Positions 10,846 to 26,200 of a DNA stretch of 64,000 nt are shown one piece after another; the first letter of the stretch is position 1, and the number at the start of each line of letters is the position of its first letter. The notes below the pieces were generated by a model. The model was not told the DNA's origin and made no database searches. It saw nothing but the letters and a program-made list of their open reading frames with translations. Both the position numbers and the translations under genes were made by a program. The DNA lies in contig OZ257156.1 in the NCBI GenBank assembly GCA_965279375.1, forward strand, positions 4,064,001 to 4,128,000. Reading direction: 5' to 3'. The DNA is from Gemmatimonas sp. (GTDB lineage: Bacteria > Gemmatimonadota > Gemmatimonadetes > Gemmatimonadales > Gemmatimonadaceae).

Positions 10846-13026
10846 CTAGTCTTCTTCGGCGGTGAGTCGCTCTCGGCGGCTCACCGCGCTGATGCCCTTC
10901 ACGCGGCGCGCCGCCTTCATGATGCGCTCGAGATGGGCGAGGTTTTCCACCTCGACGAGCGCAGCGCCCGTGACGCGGCCATCGACAGTCTTGAGTTCGA
11001 GACTCTTGATGTCCGTGCCGGTCGCGCTGACGGCAGCGGCGACGTCGGCATAGAGCCCGCGACGATCGGTGCCGTCCATCGCGAGACGCACCACGAACCG
11101 CTCGCCCGCCATCTCGTGCCAGTCGATCTCGAGGCGGCGCTCGGGCTCGTGCACCAGCAGCAGCAGGTTAGGACAATCGCCGCGGTGAATGCTCACGCCA
11201 CGCCCGCGCGTGACGTAGCCGACGACATTGTCGCCAGGTACCGGCTGGCAGCACTGCGCATACCGCACGAGCAAGCCGTCGGCGCCCTGAATCTTGACGC
11301 CCTTTCCCGTGCCGCGCACACGATCGACGATGCGCTCGAGGGTGCTTGGCTTTTCGGGCTCGGCCGGTGCGGACTCCACCTGCGGGTAGATCGCCTTCAC
11401 CACCTGCATGACGTGCACTTCGCCCTGGCCGATCGCCGCCACGAGCTGATTGGCGTCCTTGAGCTTGAGCAGCTTGGCCACCGGCAGCAGCGCGTTGTCT
11501 TCGACCTTCGCGAGACGACGACGGCGTAGTTCGCGCTCGAGGATCTCGCGGCCAAGGCGCATCGCGCTCGACCGCTCTTCGAGGCGCAGGTACTGCCGGA
11601 TCTTGTGACGCGCGCGTCCTGTGCGCACATGCGCCAGCCAATCCCGGCTCGGCCGCGCATTCGGATTCGTCAGGATCTCGATCGTCTCGGAGTTCTTGAG
11701 CTCACGAGACAGCGGTGCGATGCGTCCGTTGATCTTTGCACCGGCACAACGCGCACCGACCTGCGTATGCACGGCAAATGCAAAGTCGATCGGCGTCGCA
11801 CCCTTGGGGAGCTGAATGACGTCGCCGGTAGGCGTGAAGACGAAGATCTCGTCCTGATACAGGTCGAGCTTGAGGAACTCCAGAAACTCGCCAGGAGTCT
11901 CGGCGTCGAGCTGTAGCTCGAGCACCTGACGGAACCACTGCAGCTGCCGATCAAGCTCGTCGGAGCTGCGGTTGGCCTCCTTGTACAGCCAGTGCGCCGC
12001 GATGCCGTAGTCGGCCGTGCGGTGCATGTCGCGCGTGCGGATCTGGATTTCGAACAGCTGTCGGCCGGGACCGAAGACCGTCGTGTGGAGCGACTGATAG
12101 CCGTTGGACTTGGGCTGCGCGATGTAGTCCTTGATCCGCTCCTGCACGGGCGTCCAGCCGTCGTGGATGACGCCGAGCGCGTGATAGCACTCGAGGACAT
12201 TGGGCACGATGACGCGGATCGCGAGGAGATCGTAGATGTCCTCGTAGGGCCGATCGCGCTGCTGCATCTTCTTGTTGATCGACCAGAGATGCTTGGGGCG
12301 GCCCGTGACTTCGACGTCGGCGATGCCGGCGTCGGTGAGTCGCTTCTCCAGCGGGTCCTTCATCTGCGAAATGAGCAGTTCGCGCTCGCCGCGCTTGGCG
12401 GCGACCAGCTTGGCCAGCGACTTGTAGGCCTCGGGTTCGAGGTGCTTGAAGGCGAGGTCTTCGAGCTCCCAGCGGACCTTGGCCATACCGAAGCGGTGGG
12501 CCAGCGGCGCATAGAGATCGCGCGTTTCCTGCGCAATACGGCGGCGCTTCTCCGGCGCCAGCCAATCGAGCGTGCGCATGTTGTGCAGCCGGTCCGCGAG
12601 CTTGATCAGGATGACGCGCGCGTCCTTGGCGATCGACAGCAGCAGCTTGCGATAGTTCTCGACCTGACGTTCTTCGCGCGACGACAGCGGCAGATTGGCG
12701 ATCTTGGTGAGCCCATCGACGATCTGTGCGATCTCGGTACCGAACTCGCGCTCGATATCCTCGATCGTGATGTCGGTGTCTTCGACGATGTCGTGGAGCA
12801 GGCCGCTGGTGACCGTGGTGGTGTCCAGCTGCAGGTCGGCGAGAATGCGCGCGACCTCGATGCAGTGGGACACATACGGCTCGCCGGAGTGGCGCACCTG
12901 CCCCGCGTGCGCCGCCTCGGAGAACTTGTAGGCCCGCACGAGCAATTCGTGGTCGAGCCGGTCGTAGGCGCCGTCGGCGCCCGTTCCGAACCCAGGGATT
13001 GCTTCGTGAAGCGCGATCATCGTCAC
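10846..13026 (-). CDS. rel: Bifunctional (p)ppGpp synthetase/hydrolase (Rel/SpoT)
   Basis: Intact HD (LLHDIVED), KLADRLHNMRTL, KDYIAQPKSNGYQSLHT, EIQIRT, TGS (FVFTPTG), CC motif, ACT. Confidence 0.96.
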   Translation of the reverse strand: MTMIALHEAIPGFGTGADGAYDRLDHELLVRAYKFSEAAHAGQVRHSGEPYVSHCIEVARILADLQLDTTTVTSGLLHDIVEDTDITIEDIEREFGTEIAQIVDGLTKIANLPLSSREERQVENYRKLLLSIAKDARVILIKLADRLHNMRTLDWLAPEKRRRIAQETRDLYAPLAHRFGMAKVRWELEDLAFKHLEPEAYKSLAKLVAAKRGERELLISQMKDPLEKRLTDAGIADVEVTGRPKHLWSINKKMQQRDRPYEDIYDLLAIRVIVPNVLECYHALGVIHDGWTPVQERIKDYIAQPKSNGYQSLHTTVFGPGRQLFEIQIRTRDMHRTADYGIAAHWLYKEANRSSDELDRQLQWFRQVLELQLDAETPGEFLEFLKLDLYQDEIFVFTPTGDVIQLPKGATPIDFAFAVHTQVGARCAGAKINGRIAPLSRELKNSETIEILTNPNARPSRDWLAHVRTGRARHKIRQYLRLEERSSAMRLGREILERELRRRRLAKVEDNALLPVAKLLKLKDANQLVAAIGQGEVHVMQVVKAIYPQVESAPAEPEKPSTLERIVDRVRGTGKGVKIQGADGLLVRYAQCCQPVPGDNVVGYVTRGRGVSIHRGDCPNLLLLVHEPERRLEIDWHEMAGERFVVRLAMDGTDRRGLYADVAAAVSATGTDIKSLELKTVDGRVTGAALVEVENLAHLERIMKAARRVKGISAVSRRERLTAEED

Positions 13027-13736
13027 AGCAGCCCAGCCTCCGCAAAACTCACGTAACGCCCGCGGCCCACGATGATGTGGTCATGCACGGGGATATCCAG
13101 CAAACGTCCGGCTGCCACCAACTGCTCCGTCACTGCGCGATCTTCGGCCGACGGCGTCGGATCACCACTCGGATGATTGTGCACCAGTATCACTGCGGCC
13201 GCGCGTTCTGCGATCGCCTCGCGGAACACTTCCCGCGGATGTACCAGCGACGAGTTGAGCAGCCCGCGCGTGATCAACACATCCCGCTCCAACCGATGCT
13301 GCGCGTCGAGAATCGCGACATGGAACTCCTCCACCGGCAGCTCCTGCAGCCTCGGCGCGAACGCCGCCGCGACGTCTCGTGGACCGCGCAGTGGCACCCC
13401 AGCCTCGCGGGCCTCCGCCGCCATTCGTCGCCCCAGTTCCAACGCCGCCTGCACCGCCGCTGCACGCGCCACACCAACTCCCTGTACCCGTTGCAACGCT
13501 GCCTGTGGCATGGCCACCAAACGCCCCAACGATCCACCCGCCTGATCGAGCACATCGCCCGCACAGGCCAGCGCGGATCGCCCTGCCCCGCCCGTCCCCA
13601 GCACGGTGGCGATCAACTCGATGGTGCTCAATGCCTGCGCCCCGAGCGAACGCATCCGCTCTCGCGGACGCTCCGTCTGCGGCAGCTCTCGAATAGTTAG
13701 TGTGCGCCGTGAAGGCTGGCTAGCGGGGTGAGACAC
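13023..13736 (-). CDS. radC: RadC family JAB/MPN domain protein
   Basis: ERPRERM..G..ALS..ELIA, HhH VQGVGVARA, VHPREVF, HNHPSGDPTPSAED; GTG start inferred. Confidence 0.93.
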   Translation of the reverse strand: MSHPASQPSRRTLTIRELPQTERPRERMRSLGAQALSTIELIATVLGTGGAGRSALACAGDVLDQAGGSLGRLVAMPQAALQRVQGVGVARAAAVQAALELGRRMAAEAREAGVPLRGPRDVAAAFAPRLQELPVEEFHVAILDAQHRLERDVLITRGLLNSSLVHPREVFREAIAERAAAVILVHNHPSGDPTPSAEDRAVTEQLVAAGRLLDIPVHDHIIVGRGRYVSFAEAGLL

Positions 13737-13906
13737 GGAGACGCTCCGCCGAATCGCCGCAACGCTGCGGCCGGTAGGGGGTGGGCCGCAGACTCTCGGC
13801 CGCCGTAGCATCGCGCGAGGCCCCCATCGGACGCGTACCCATTGCACGCAGACGCGCTCGAAAGTCGTCGCCAAACTCCTCGCTCGAACTCTGTCGCCTG
13901 CAACGC

Positions 13907-13934
13907 AAAAGGGCCGACGCTTGGTCGGCCCTTC
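13907..13934 (-). terminator. Intrinsic terminator after secA
   Basis: Minus strand: GAAGGGCCGAC-CAAGC-GTCGGCCC-TTTT. Confidence 0.8.
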
Positions 13935-13972
13935 TGGATCAGCACGCTCGTGGCGAATACTCGGGCCGTTCC

Positions 13973-17281
<3,309 letters not shown>

Positions 17282-17386
17282 ACCACCCTCGATGTCGTAG
17301 GAAGCCGGCGCGACCAGATCCGTCCAAGCGGGACCTGTGTCGGAACCGGCATCGGAGGCGCCGGCGCCGGTCCGCCCGTCGCGCAC

Positions 17387-18040
17387 CTACGCGCGCACAG
17401 AAGCGTCCTCGACCCGCGGTGCCCTGCCGTACAATCCGTTTGCCGCGATATAGGTCTCGACGGTGGGAGGAACGAATCCCCGCAACGAAAGACCAGCCCG
17501 CACTCGTGCTCTGATTTCGGTGGAGGACACATCAACGCGCCGTGTCGCCAATCTGGGCGCCGCCGCGATGGCCGTCCCTACCGGTGTCGCGGCATCGACG
17601 TCCAACACCGAACCGGCACCACTCGCATCCTCCGACCGTCGGAGCACCACGAGCTGCGCCATGTCCAGCAACCGCTCCGGCTCTCGCCAGCGCGGCAACG
17701 TTGCGACGACGTCCGCTCCCACCAACAGGGAGAGCGTCGCGGCCGGCCAACGCCGACGCAACGCCTCCACCGTGTCAACCATGAATGATAAACCGCCTCG
17801 TGCGATTTCCATGGGGTCAACCTCGATCCCAGTCACGCCATCGAAACAGCGTGTCACCATCGCGAGGCGGTGCTCCGCCGGTGTCTGACCGTCACGCTTG
17901 AGCGGCTGGGTGGCTGCTGGAATGACCAGCAAGAGGTCCAACCCGAGCGCCTCGCGCGCGTCCTGCGCCACAAGCAGATGTCCAACGTGTGGCGGATCGA
18001 AGCTCCCACCGAAGATGCCGACGCTACGTGGCATAGGCAT
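17387..18040 (-). CDS. nadD: Nicotinate-nucleotide adenylyltransferase
   Basis: GIFGGSFDPPHVGH, LLVGAD, VSSTEIR. Confidence 0.93.
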   Translation of the reverse strand: MPMPRSVGIFGGSFDPPHVGHLLVAQDAREALGLDLLLVIPAATQPLKRDGQTPAEHRLAMVTRCFDGVTGIEVDPMEIARGGLSFMVDTVEALRRRWPAATLSLLVGADVVATLPRWREPERLLDMAQLVVLRRSEDASGAGSVLDVDAATPVGTAIAAAPRLATRRVDVSSTEIRARVRAGLSLRGFVPPTVETYIAANGLYGRAPRVEDASVRA

Positions 18041-18066
18041 GGGAGAGCCGGTCGCGGCGGACGCGG

Positions 18067-18909
18067 TCAGCGCGGTCCGGGGCGCGCGTACCCCTCTGCG
18101 GACGGCAGGTCGCCGTTGACCTTCTTGACCTCGGTCGCGGTCGAATCGGCTGGCGCCGTCCCGCAGGCGAGCTTGACCTCGGCGTCGGCCGGATAGGCCC
18201 GCCACATCGCCGTGCACGTCTCGGCGGCGTCGTCCTTCCAGCGGATCTTGGCGTACAGCTCGTGCAGCCGGAGCCACGCCAGTCGCGCGGACTTCGTGCG
18301 CGGGTACGTCGTGACGACGTCCTTGAAGTAGATGATCGCCGGATCGACGGCCTTGCGGACGCGCACGTAGTGCATGCCCGTGTCGTAATCCTTCTGCGCC
18401 AGCCACTCCTCGATCACTTCGATGCGCGTCTTCGCCTCGGCCGTCTCCTTCGCGTCCGGATAGGACGAGAGGAGCGCGCGCAGAATAGACGCCGCCTTGG
18501 TGCCATTTTCCGGATCGAGCGACGGATTATGCCACAGCTTCTGGTAGCTGCGCCCGACGCCCAGCATGGCCGTCGGCGCCAGCGTGTCGTCCGGGAATCC
18601 GTCGGTCACGCGCTCGAACGACTGCGCGGCGAGCAGGAACTCCGAGCGCTGTTCGTGGGTGAGCGCGAGGTAGAAATACGCCGGCGCCAGCAACGGATCG
18701 CGGGCGGACAGATCGGTCGTCAGCCGCTCGAAGCCCAGCTGGGCGTTGTCCCAATGCTTGCGCTGATACTCCAGCAGCGAGGCGCGGAACAGCGCTTCCG
18801 GGTTGGGGAAGTTGCGCGGCTGAAAGCCGGGCGTGCAGCCGACCAACGCGACGGCCACGCCCAGCATCAGCAGAACCTGCCAGTCTACGCGAAAAGATTT
18901 GGGCTTCAT
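18067..18909 (-). CDS. bamD: Outer membrane protein assembly lipoprotein BamD
   Basis: Lipobox ALVGC, TPR repeats with FP/YP turns; typical bamD-nadD synteny. Confidence 0.8.
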   Translation of the reverse strand: MKPKSFRVDWQVLLMLGVAVALVGCTPGFQPRNFPNPEALFRASLLEYQRKHWDNAQLGFERLTTDLSARDPLLAPAYFYLALTHEQRSEFLLAAQSFERVTDGFPDDTLAPTAMLGVGRSYQKLWHNPSLDPENGTKAASILRALLSSYPDAKETAEAKTRIEVIEEWLAQKDYDTGMHYVRVRKAVDPAIIYFKDVVTTYPRTKSARLAWLRLHELYAKIRWKDDAAETCTAMWRAYPADAEVKLACGTAPADSTATEVKKVNGDLPSAEGYARPGPR

Positions 18910-18970
18910 GCGCGAACTGGTACCCAGAGCAAGAGACACAGATCCTTGGCGCAAACGGTAAAACTTCCGA

Positions 18971-20314
18971 TCATGCAGTCCGCCGGTCGGCGGCACCACC
19001 GTACGAGGCCAGTCCCACCACGCGCGCGCGCGCCGGCGTGGTCGCCGCCATCACGTTACGCGTATCCACCACGAGCGAGGCCACGTTGGCCACGTGCTGG
19101 TAATCGACGGCCTTGTGGTCGGTGATGACCACGACGGCGTCGGCCCAGCGCAGCATGTCATCCGACAGCTCGACGCTCTTCCGGACGTGGTTCTCCTCGC
19201 GGAACTCGGCCACGAACGGGTCGTGGAACTCGACATGGGCTCCGCGGTCTTCCAGGAGACGGATCACGTCCAGCGCCGGGCTCTCGCGAACATCGTCGAT
19301 ATCCCGCTTGTAGGCAACGCCGAGCACGAGAATACGGCTGCCGCGCACCGCCTTGCTTAGCTCGTTCAGCGCCCACGACACCTTCTCCACCACCCAATCC
19401 GGCATGTGGGAGTTGATCTCGCTGGCCAGGTCGATGAAGCGCGTCTTGTAATTCAGCGTACGCATCTTCCACGCGAGGTAGTGCGGGTCGAGCGGAATGC
19501 AGTGGCCGCCGATGCCAGGGCCCGGAGTGAACTTCATGAAGCCGAACGGTTTGGTCGCAGCCGCGTTGATCACTTCCCAGACGTTCACACCCAGTTTGTC
19601 ACACATGATGGCGATTTCGTTCACGAGGCCGATGTTCACGGCGCGGAACGTGTTCTCCAGCAGCTTGACCAGCTCGGCCGCCTCAGGCGACGTCACCGGG
19701 ACGACCGTGTCGATGCAGCTCGCGTAGAGCGCGCAGGCGACTTCGACACAGTCCGGCGTGATACCGCCAACCACCTTCGGCGTGTTCTTGGTGTGGAAAA
19801 CGGGATTACCCGGGTCCACGCGCTCGGGACTGAAGGCCACGAACACGTCGCGCCCCACCACGAGACCCATCGCCTCCAGACGCGGCTGCAGCAGCTCGCG
19901 CGTGGTGCCCGGGTACGTGGTGCTCTCGAGCACGACGCAGATACCCGGGTGCGCCTGGCGCGCGATCGCGTCTGCGGCGGAAAGCACATACGACATGTCC
20001 GGATCGCGCGTCTTCGACAGCGGCGTGGGCACGGCGATGGAGATGGCGTCGCACTCCTTGAGGCGAGCCTCGACGGTCGTCGCGACAAACGAGCCCGACG
20101 TCACGGCGGCGCGCACATCCGCAGCCGGAACGTCCTGAATGTGCGACTCGCCTGACATGAGGAGGTCGATCACACGCTGGCTGACGTCGTATCCGATGAC
20201 GCGGAACCCCGCGCGAACGAACTCCATCACGAGCGGCAGCCCGACGTAGCCGAGGCCGACCACGCCGACGACCGCCGAGCGGCCCTCGATCTTTTCAAGT
20301 AGTTGCGTTTTCAT
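18971..20314 (-). CDS. UDP-N-acetyl-hexosamine 6-dehydrogenase (WbpA/WbpO-like)
   Basis: VGLGYVGLPL, AVPTP, ESTTYPGTT, SPERVDPG, KLLENTFR, GPGIGGHCIP, GVAYKRDIDDVRESP. Confidence 0.92.
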   Translation of the reverse strand: MKTQLLEKIEGRSAVVGVVGLGYVGLPLVMEFVRAGFRVIGYDVSQRVIDLLMSGESHIQDVPAADVRAAVTSGSFVATTVEARLKECDAISIAVPTPLSKTRDPDMSYVLSAADAIARQAHPGICVVLESTTYPGTTRELLQPRLEAMGLVVGRDVFVAFSPERVDPGNPVFHTKNTPKVVGGITPDCVEVACALYASCIDTVVPVTSPEAAELVKLLENTFRAVNIGLVNEIAIMCDKLGVNVWEVINAAATKPFGFMKFTPGPGIGGHCIPLDPHYLAWKMRTLNYKTRFIDLASEINSHMPDWVVEKVSWALNELSKAVRGSRILVLGVAYKRDIDDVRESPALDVIRLLEDRGAHVEFHDPFVAEFREENHVRKSVELSDDMLRWADAVVVITDHKAVDYQHVANVASLVVDTRNVMAATTPARARVVGLASYGGAADRRTA

Positions 20315-20342
20315 TGCTCGGGGTGACACGGTGAGAAACGGT

Positions 20343-21455
20343 TCAGCGTCCGAAGAACTGGCGGACCGCGGCGACCACCTCGTCGCGCTGCGCTCCGGTC
20401 AATTCCGGAAAGACGGGGAGCGACAGCACTTCCTGAGACGCTCGCTCGGCTTCGGGAAACTGCCCTTCGGAATAGCCAAGGTAGGCAAAGCAGGCTTGCA
20501 GGTGCAGCGAAAGCGGATAGTACACCGCATTGCCGATCCCGCCCGCCTTGAGAAAAGACTGCAAGGCGGCCCGGTCCGTCACGCGAATGGTGTACTGGTT
20601 GTAGATCGACGTATTAGCCGGGTCGATGTACGGCGTCACGATCCCCGGGATGTCCGCGAAGGCGGCGTCGTAGAAGGCCGCGTTCGCCCGCCGCGCCGCG
20701 CTCCAGGACTCCAGGTGCGGCAGCTTGGCCAGGAGAACCGCCGCCTGCAGCGTGTCCAGGCGGCTGTTGTAGCCCACCATCTCGTGGTAGTACGTCTTCC
20801 GACTGCCGTGCGTGCGCAGCTTCATCAGCGTGTCGAACAGCGCTTCGTCCTGCGTGACCATCATGCCGCCGTCGCCGTACCCGCCAAGATTCTTGGACGG
20901 GAAGAAGCTGAACGTGCCGATGGCGGACGCCTCACCGGCCATGACCTTCTTGCCGTCGATCACGCGACTGGCGCCGATGGTCTGGGCCGCGTCTTCGATC
21001 ACGGGTATGCCGCCTGCCGCCGCGACAACCTGCTCGATGGCGGCCATCTGGCCAAACAGGTCCACCGCGATCACGGCCTTGGTGCGCGGCGTGATCGCCG
21101 CCGCCACCTTGCTCGGGTCGATGTTGAAGGTGCGCGGATCGATGTCCACGAACACCGGACGCGCGCCGACGTTATGAATCGCGCCGGCCGTCGCAAAGAA
21201 CGTGAAGGGCGTGGTGACGACTTCGTCGCCTTGGCCGACGCCGAGTGCCCGCAGGGCGATCAGGATCGCGTCGGTTCCGTTGGCGCAGCCCACCGCGAAG
21301 CGCGTCTGCGACAATCCCGCGACGGCGCATTCGAGTTCACCAACGGGCTCGCCGAGAATGAAATTCTGCTGGTCAACAACCGCCATGACCGACGCGACAA
21401 CGCTGTCGCGGATGGTGGCGTGTTGCGCCTTGAGATCTAAGAGAGGGACAGCCAT
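20343..21455 (-). CDS. DegT/DnrJ/EryC1/StrS aminotransferase (WbpE/WlbC-like)
   Basis: NGTDAI, FTFFATA, IEDAAQ, SFFPSKNLGGYGDGG, GYNSRLDTLQAA. Confidence 0.93.
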   Translation of the reverse strand: MAVPLLDLKAQHATIRDSVVASVMAVVDQQNFILGEPVGELECAVAGLSQTRFAVGCANGTDAILIALRALGVGQGDEVVTTPFTFFATAGAIHNVGARPVFVDIDPRTFNIDPSKVAAAITPRTKAVIAVDLFGQMAAIEQVVAAAGGIPVIEDAAQTIGASRVIDGKKVMAGEASAIGTFSFFPSKNLGGYGDGGMMVTQDEALFDTLMKLRTHGSRKTYYHEMVGYNSRLDTLQAAVLLAKLPHLESWSAARRANAAFYDAAFADIPGIVTPYIDPANTSIYNQYTIRVTDRAALQSFLKAGGIGNAVYYPLSLHLQACFAYLGYSEGQFPEAERASQEVLSLPVFPELTGAQRDEVVAAVRQFFGR

Positions 21456-21472
21456 AGGAGTGGGTGCCTGAG

Positions 21473-22534
21473 TCAGACGCTGACGCGTAGTGGCAACGGC
21501 ACATCGCGTCCGGTCTTCGCGGACTCGTAAATGCCGAGGATCAGTTCAAGCGACTTCCGACCGGCGCGACCGTCCGTATCGGGGCGCGCCTCCCCGTGCA
21601 GCACGGCGGCCACGTTGCGGTAGTACGCCTCGTGTCCGAATCCGTACACCGTCGGCGGATTGGTGCTCGCGACGTCGATCTGCTTGTCGTCGTCGTCGTA
21701 GTCCGCAAACGTCCAATGCTCGACCTTGTTCACGGCCGTGCCACCGATCTTCACAGTGCCCTTTTCGCCCAGCACCGTGATCGAGCCTTCGAGGTTCTTC
21801 GGGAAGGTCAGCATGCTGACCTCGATCGTGCCAATGGCGCCCGAGCGAAACTTGAGAATGGCGACGCCGCTGTCTTCGGCTTCGATGCGACGTGCCATCG
21901 TGGCGGTCTTGGCCATCACGCTTTCGACGGGGCCGATGAGCCACTGAATCAGGTCCACGTAATGCGAGGCCTGATTCATGAAGGCGCCGCCGTCGAACTC
22001 CCACGTGCCGCGCCACGGCGCCTGATCGTAGTACTCCTGCGGTCGCTGCCAGCGCACAGTGCAGTTAGCCATGTAGATGCGACCAAAACGCCCGCGATCG
22101 ATCGCGCGCTTGAGCAGCTGAATCGCCGGGTTGAGACGGTTCTGCTTCACCACGAACAGATGCACACGGTTTTCGTCGCACGCCTGCACGAGGGCATCAG
22201 CGGCCGCGAGCGAAATGCCCATCGGCTTCTCGGAGATGACGTGGCGCCCCGCGTTGGCCGCGAGAATGCCATGCTGCGGGTGCAACCCCGAGGGTGTCGC
22301 GATCACGATCGCGTCGGAAGGGACCTGCGCCAACATCGCGTCGTAGCTGGTGAACCACGGCACGCCGTTCGCTTCGCCGGCTTCCCGTGCGCGCGACTCG
22401 ACGATGTCGCACACGGCCACGAGCCGGAGCGCGTCGATCTTGGCGATGGCGTCGAAGTGGTTCTTGCTGATGCGCCCGCAACCCACGAGCGCAATCCGAA
22501 TCGGCTGCCCCTCGGGCACGACACCCTGCATCAT
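21473..22534 (-). CDS. Gfo/Idh/MocA oxidoreductase (WbpB/WlbA-like UDP-GlcNAcA 3-dehydrogenase)
   Basis: [46 protein letters not shown]. Confidence 0.9.
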   Translation of the reverse strand: MMQGVVPEGQPIRIALVGCGRISKNHFDAIAKIDALRLVAVCDIVESRAREAGEANGVPWFTSYDAMLAQVPSDAIVIATPSGLHPQHGILAANAGRHVISEKPMGISLAAADALVQACDENRVHLFVVKQNRLNPAIQLLKRAIDRGRFGRIYMANCTVRWQRPQEYYDQAPWRGTWEFDGGAFMNQASHYVDLIQWLIGPVESVMAKTATMARRIEAEDSGVAILKFRSGAIGTIEVSMLTFPKNLEGSITVLGEKGTVKIGGTAVNKVEHWTFADYDDDDKQIDVASTNPPTVYGFGHEAYYRNVAAVLHGEARPDTDGRAGRKSLELILGIYESAKTGRDVPLPLRVSV

Positions 22535-23202
22535 CCCTGCTCCTGGACGCGAGTCACGACAGTGCCGGTACGTTCGTACAACGCACCGGTTCCCGGGCAG
22601 CGTAGCTTCTCTTCGACGCCAGCGCCCAACGAGACACTCAGCGTTTCCATGCGGAACCCGGCTTCGGACATCCACCCGATGCGCTTGGCCGGCACGCCGG
22701 CCATCAGCGCGTAGTCCGGTACGTCGCGGTTGACCACCGCCCCCGCACCAATGAACGCATACGAGCCGATGGTCGCCCCGCACACGATCGTCGCGTTGGC
22801 GCCGATGCTGGCGCCGCGACGCACGAGCGTGCGACGATACTCGTCCTTGCGCGAGACGGCACTGCGCGGATTGAAGACGTTGGTGAACACCATGGACGGC
22901 CCGCAGAACACATCATCTTCCAGCTCGACGCCTTCGTAGACGGAGACGTTGTTCTGGATCTTCACGTTGTTGCCGATGGCGACGTTGTTCATCACGACGA
23001 CGTTCTGCCCGAGCGAGCAACGCTCACCGATGGTGGCGCCGCCCATGACGTGACAGAAATGCCAAATGCGCGTGCCATCCCCGATGCGGGCGCCGTCGTC
23101 GACGTACGCCGACTCGTGCACCAGTGCGCCATGTCCGAGCGACACCTCCGCTCCGACGTGCCCGAGTCCGGGCAGTCCGATCATCGAGGTGCCGTGGCTC
23201 AC
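22531..23202 (-). CDS. Hexapeptide-repeat N-acetyltransferase (WbpD/WlbB-like)
   Basis: [13 protein letters not shown]...[45 protein letters not shown] overlaps the carB stop (alternative ATG at 23184). Confidence 0.92.
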   Translation of the reverse strand: MSHGTSMIGLPGLGHVGAEVSLGHGALVHESAYVDDGARIGDGTRIWHFCHVMGGATIGERCSLGQNVVVMNNVAIGNNVKIQNNVSVYEGVELEDDVFCGPSMVFTNVFNPRSAVSRKDEYRRTLVRRGASIGANATIVCGATIGSYAFIGAGAVVNRDVPDYALMAGVPAKRIGWMSEAGFRMETLSVSLGAGVEEKLRCPGTGALYERTGTVVTRVQEQG

Positions 23203-26200
23203 GCGGTCACCGGTGTCACCGACGGCATGGCGCGCGGTGGCACGCCACGATGCGCATCGAGCAGCTGATGCCACTCCTGCAGCGGACGCACCTCGAGCTC
23301 GCGTGACTGCCGCGCCGCGATGGCTTCGCAAGCCGCGCTCGCCGCCGACAAGGTCGTGGTATAGGGCACGCGATTGGCGATGGCCGCCTGACGCAGCCGT
23401 TCGTCGTCCACCTGGGCGTGCTTGCCGAGCGGTGTGTTCACCAGCAGCTGCACTTCACCGTTCAGGATGAGATCGACGCCGTGCGGGCGACCTTCGTGCA
23501 CCTTGAGCACGGTTTCCACCGGCACGCCCTGCGTACGCAGAAACGCTGCGGTTCCGTTGGTGGAGAACAGCTTGAAACCCAGTTCGTGGAAGCGTATGGC
23601 CAACTTGCACGCAGCAGGCTTGTCGCCGTCGTTGACCGTCAGAAGCACGGCGCCGGTGCGCGGCAGCGCGTTGTCCGCCGCCAACTGCGACTTGAGGAAG
23701 GCCGCCCCGAAGCTGTCGTCGATGCCCATGACTTCACCGGTGGAGCGCATCTCCGGGCCGAGCACCGGATCGAACTCGCGGAACTTGTTGAACGGGAAGA
23801 CCGCTTCCTTCACGCTCACGTACGGCGGTACGATCTCCTCCGTGAAGCCGATCTGCGACAACGTCTCGCCCAGCATCAACCGCGCGGCGACGGAGGCAAG
23901 CGGCACACCGATCGCCTTGGAAACGAATGGCACGGTGCGCGACGCACGTGGGTTCACCTCGATCACGTACACCACGCCATCCTTGTAGGCGTACTGCACG
24001 TTGATCAGGCCAACCACCTTGAGCGCCTTGGCAAACGCCACGGTGTGCGCGCGCATCTGATCCGCGGCGTCCTGCGGGATGAGATACGGCGGCAGCACGC
24101 ACGCCGAGTCGCCGGAGTGAATGCCGGCACTCTCGATGTGCTCCATCACCGCACCAATCACCACATCCGTGCCGTCGCTCAACGCATCCACGTCCGCTTC
24201 GAACGCGTCTTCGAGGAACTTGTCCACGAGCACCGGACGGTCTTCGCTCACGCGCGCCGCGCGCTCGAAGTAGTCACGCAGCGACGTCGCATCGTGCACG
24301 ATCTCCATCGCGCGCCCGCCCAGCACATACGACGGACGAACGAGCACGGGATAACCGATCGCTTCCGCGATGGTCACCGCTTCGTCGACGCTCGTGGCGG
24401 TACCGTTGGCCGGCTGCATGATGCCGAGCTCGCGCGTGATCTTCTCGAAGCGGCGACGATCTTCCGCGATGTCGATCGACTCGGGTGATGTCCCCAGAAT
24501 GCGCACACCGGCGGCTTCGAGTCCCTTGGTGAGCTTGAGCGGCGTCTGGCCACCCAACTGCACGATCACGCCGACGGGCTTTTCACGCGCGACGATCTCC
24601 AGCACATCCTCGAGCGTGAGCGGCTCGAAGAACAGCTTGTCGGAGATGTCGAAGTCGGTGGAGACAGTCTCGGGGTTCGAGTTGACCATGATGGTCTCGT
24701 AGCCCTGATCGCGCAGCGCGAGCGCCGCCCGCACGCAGCAGTAGTCGAACTCCACGCCCTGCCCGATACGATTGGGACCCGAGCCCAGAATGACCACCTT
24801 CTCGCGACCCGATGTGAGCGCTTCGCTCTCCTCGTCGTAGCTGCCGTACAGATACGGCGTGCTGGAGGGAAACTCGCCAGCGCACGTATCGACCATTTTG
24901 TACGCCGGCCGCACGTCCAGTGCCCAGCGGTGCGCGCGCACCTCGGCCTCGGTCTGCCCGCGCAGCGCGCCAAGCTGGCGATCGGAGAAGCCCATGCGCT
25001 TCATGCGGCGCATCACGCCCGCGTCCACCGTGGCCTGCTCGCGATACCACGCTTCGGCATCGATCAACTCGCGCAGCTGTGCGAGGAACCACGGATCGAT
25101 CGACGTCACCTCATGCAACTCGGCGACGTCCATCCCCAGCAGCATCGCGTGCTTGAGCTGGAAGATGCGCTCGGGTGTCGGGCGACGCAGAGCGCCGCGC
25201 AGGGATTCGCGCGACACTTCGTCCAGCCGATCGTCGATCAGGCGATCGCTGACCGACCAACCCGGTCGACCATTCTCGAGCGCGCGCAGCGCCTTCTGGA
25301 ACGCCTCCTTGAACGTGCGCCCGATCGCCATCGACTCGCCGACGGACTTCATCTGCGTGGTCAGACCCGGGTCCGACGAGACGAACTTCTCGAACGCAAA
25401 ACGCGGGCACTTCACCACGACGTAGTCGAGCACTGGCTCGAAGCTCGCCGGCGTGGTCTTGGTGATGTCGTTCGGGACTTCATCGAGCGTGTAGCCCACC
25501 GCCAGCTTGGCGCCGATGCGCGCGATCGGAAAACCGGTCGCCTTGGAGGCCAGCGCGGACGACCGCGACACGCGCGGGTTCATCTCGATCACGATCAAAT
25601 CGCCATTCGCGGGATTGACCGCGAACTGGATGTTGCAGCCGCCGGCGTCGACGCCGATCTCGCGAATGATCGCCACGGCCGCATCGCGCATCGTCTGATA
25701 CTCGCGATCCGTCAGCGTCATCGCGGGCGCAACGGTGATCGAGTCACCGGTGTGCACGCCCATCGGATCGAGATTCTCGATGGAGCAGACGATCACGACG
25801 TTGTCGGCGTGATCGCGCATCACTTCGAGCTCGTACTCCTTCCAGCCGAGCAGAGAGCGCTCGATGAGCACCGAGTGCACCGGCGACAGATCGAGACCGC
25901 GCAGCACCATGCGCTCGAACTCTTCGCGATTGTACGCAATGCCGCCGCCGGTACCGCCCAGGGTGAACGACGGACGGATGATCGCCGGGAATCCGGTCTC
26001 TTCCACGCCCGCGATCGCTTCGTCGAGCGACGTGACCGTGCGACCAGCGGCACACGTCAGGCCGATCTTCTCCATCGCATCGGCGAACAGCTTGCGATCT
26101 TCCGCGACGCGAATCGCGCGCGCGTTCGCGCCGATCAATTCGCAGCCGTACTTCTCGAGGACGCCGCTGTCATAAAGCGCGAGCGCAACGTTGAGCGCCG

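Noticed and set aside
13023..13736. radC as a marker of a mobile or anti-defence element
   Set aside because: Full-length chromosomal type with N-terminal and HhH regions, coupled to rel, with no mobile genes nearby
20343..22534. GnnA/GnnB diamino-glucose lipid A pathway
   Set aside because: Flanking 6-dehydrogenase and N-acetyltransferase, and absence of lpx genes, fit the WbpABDE pathway better
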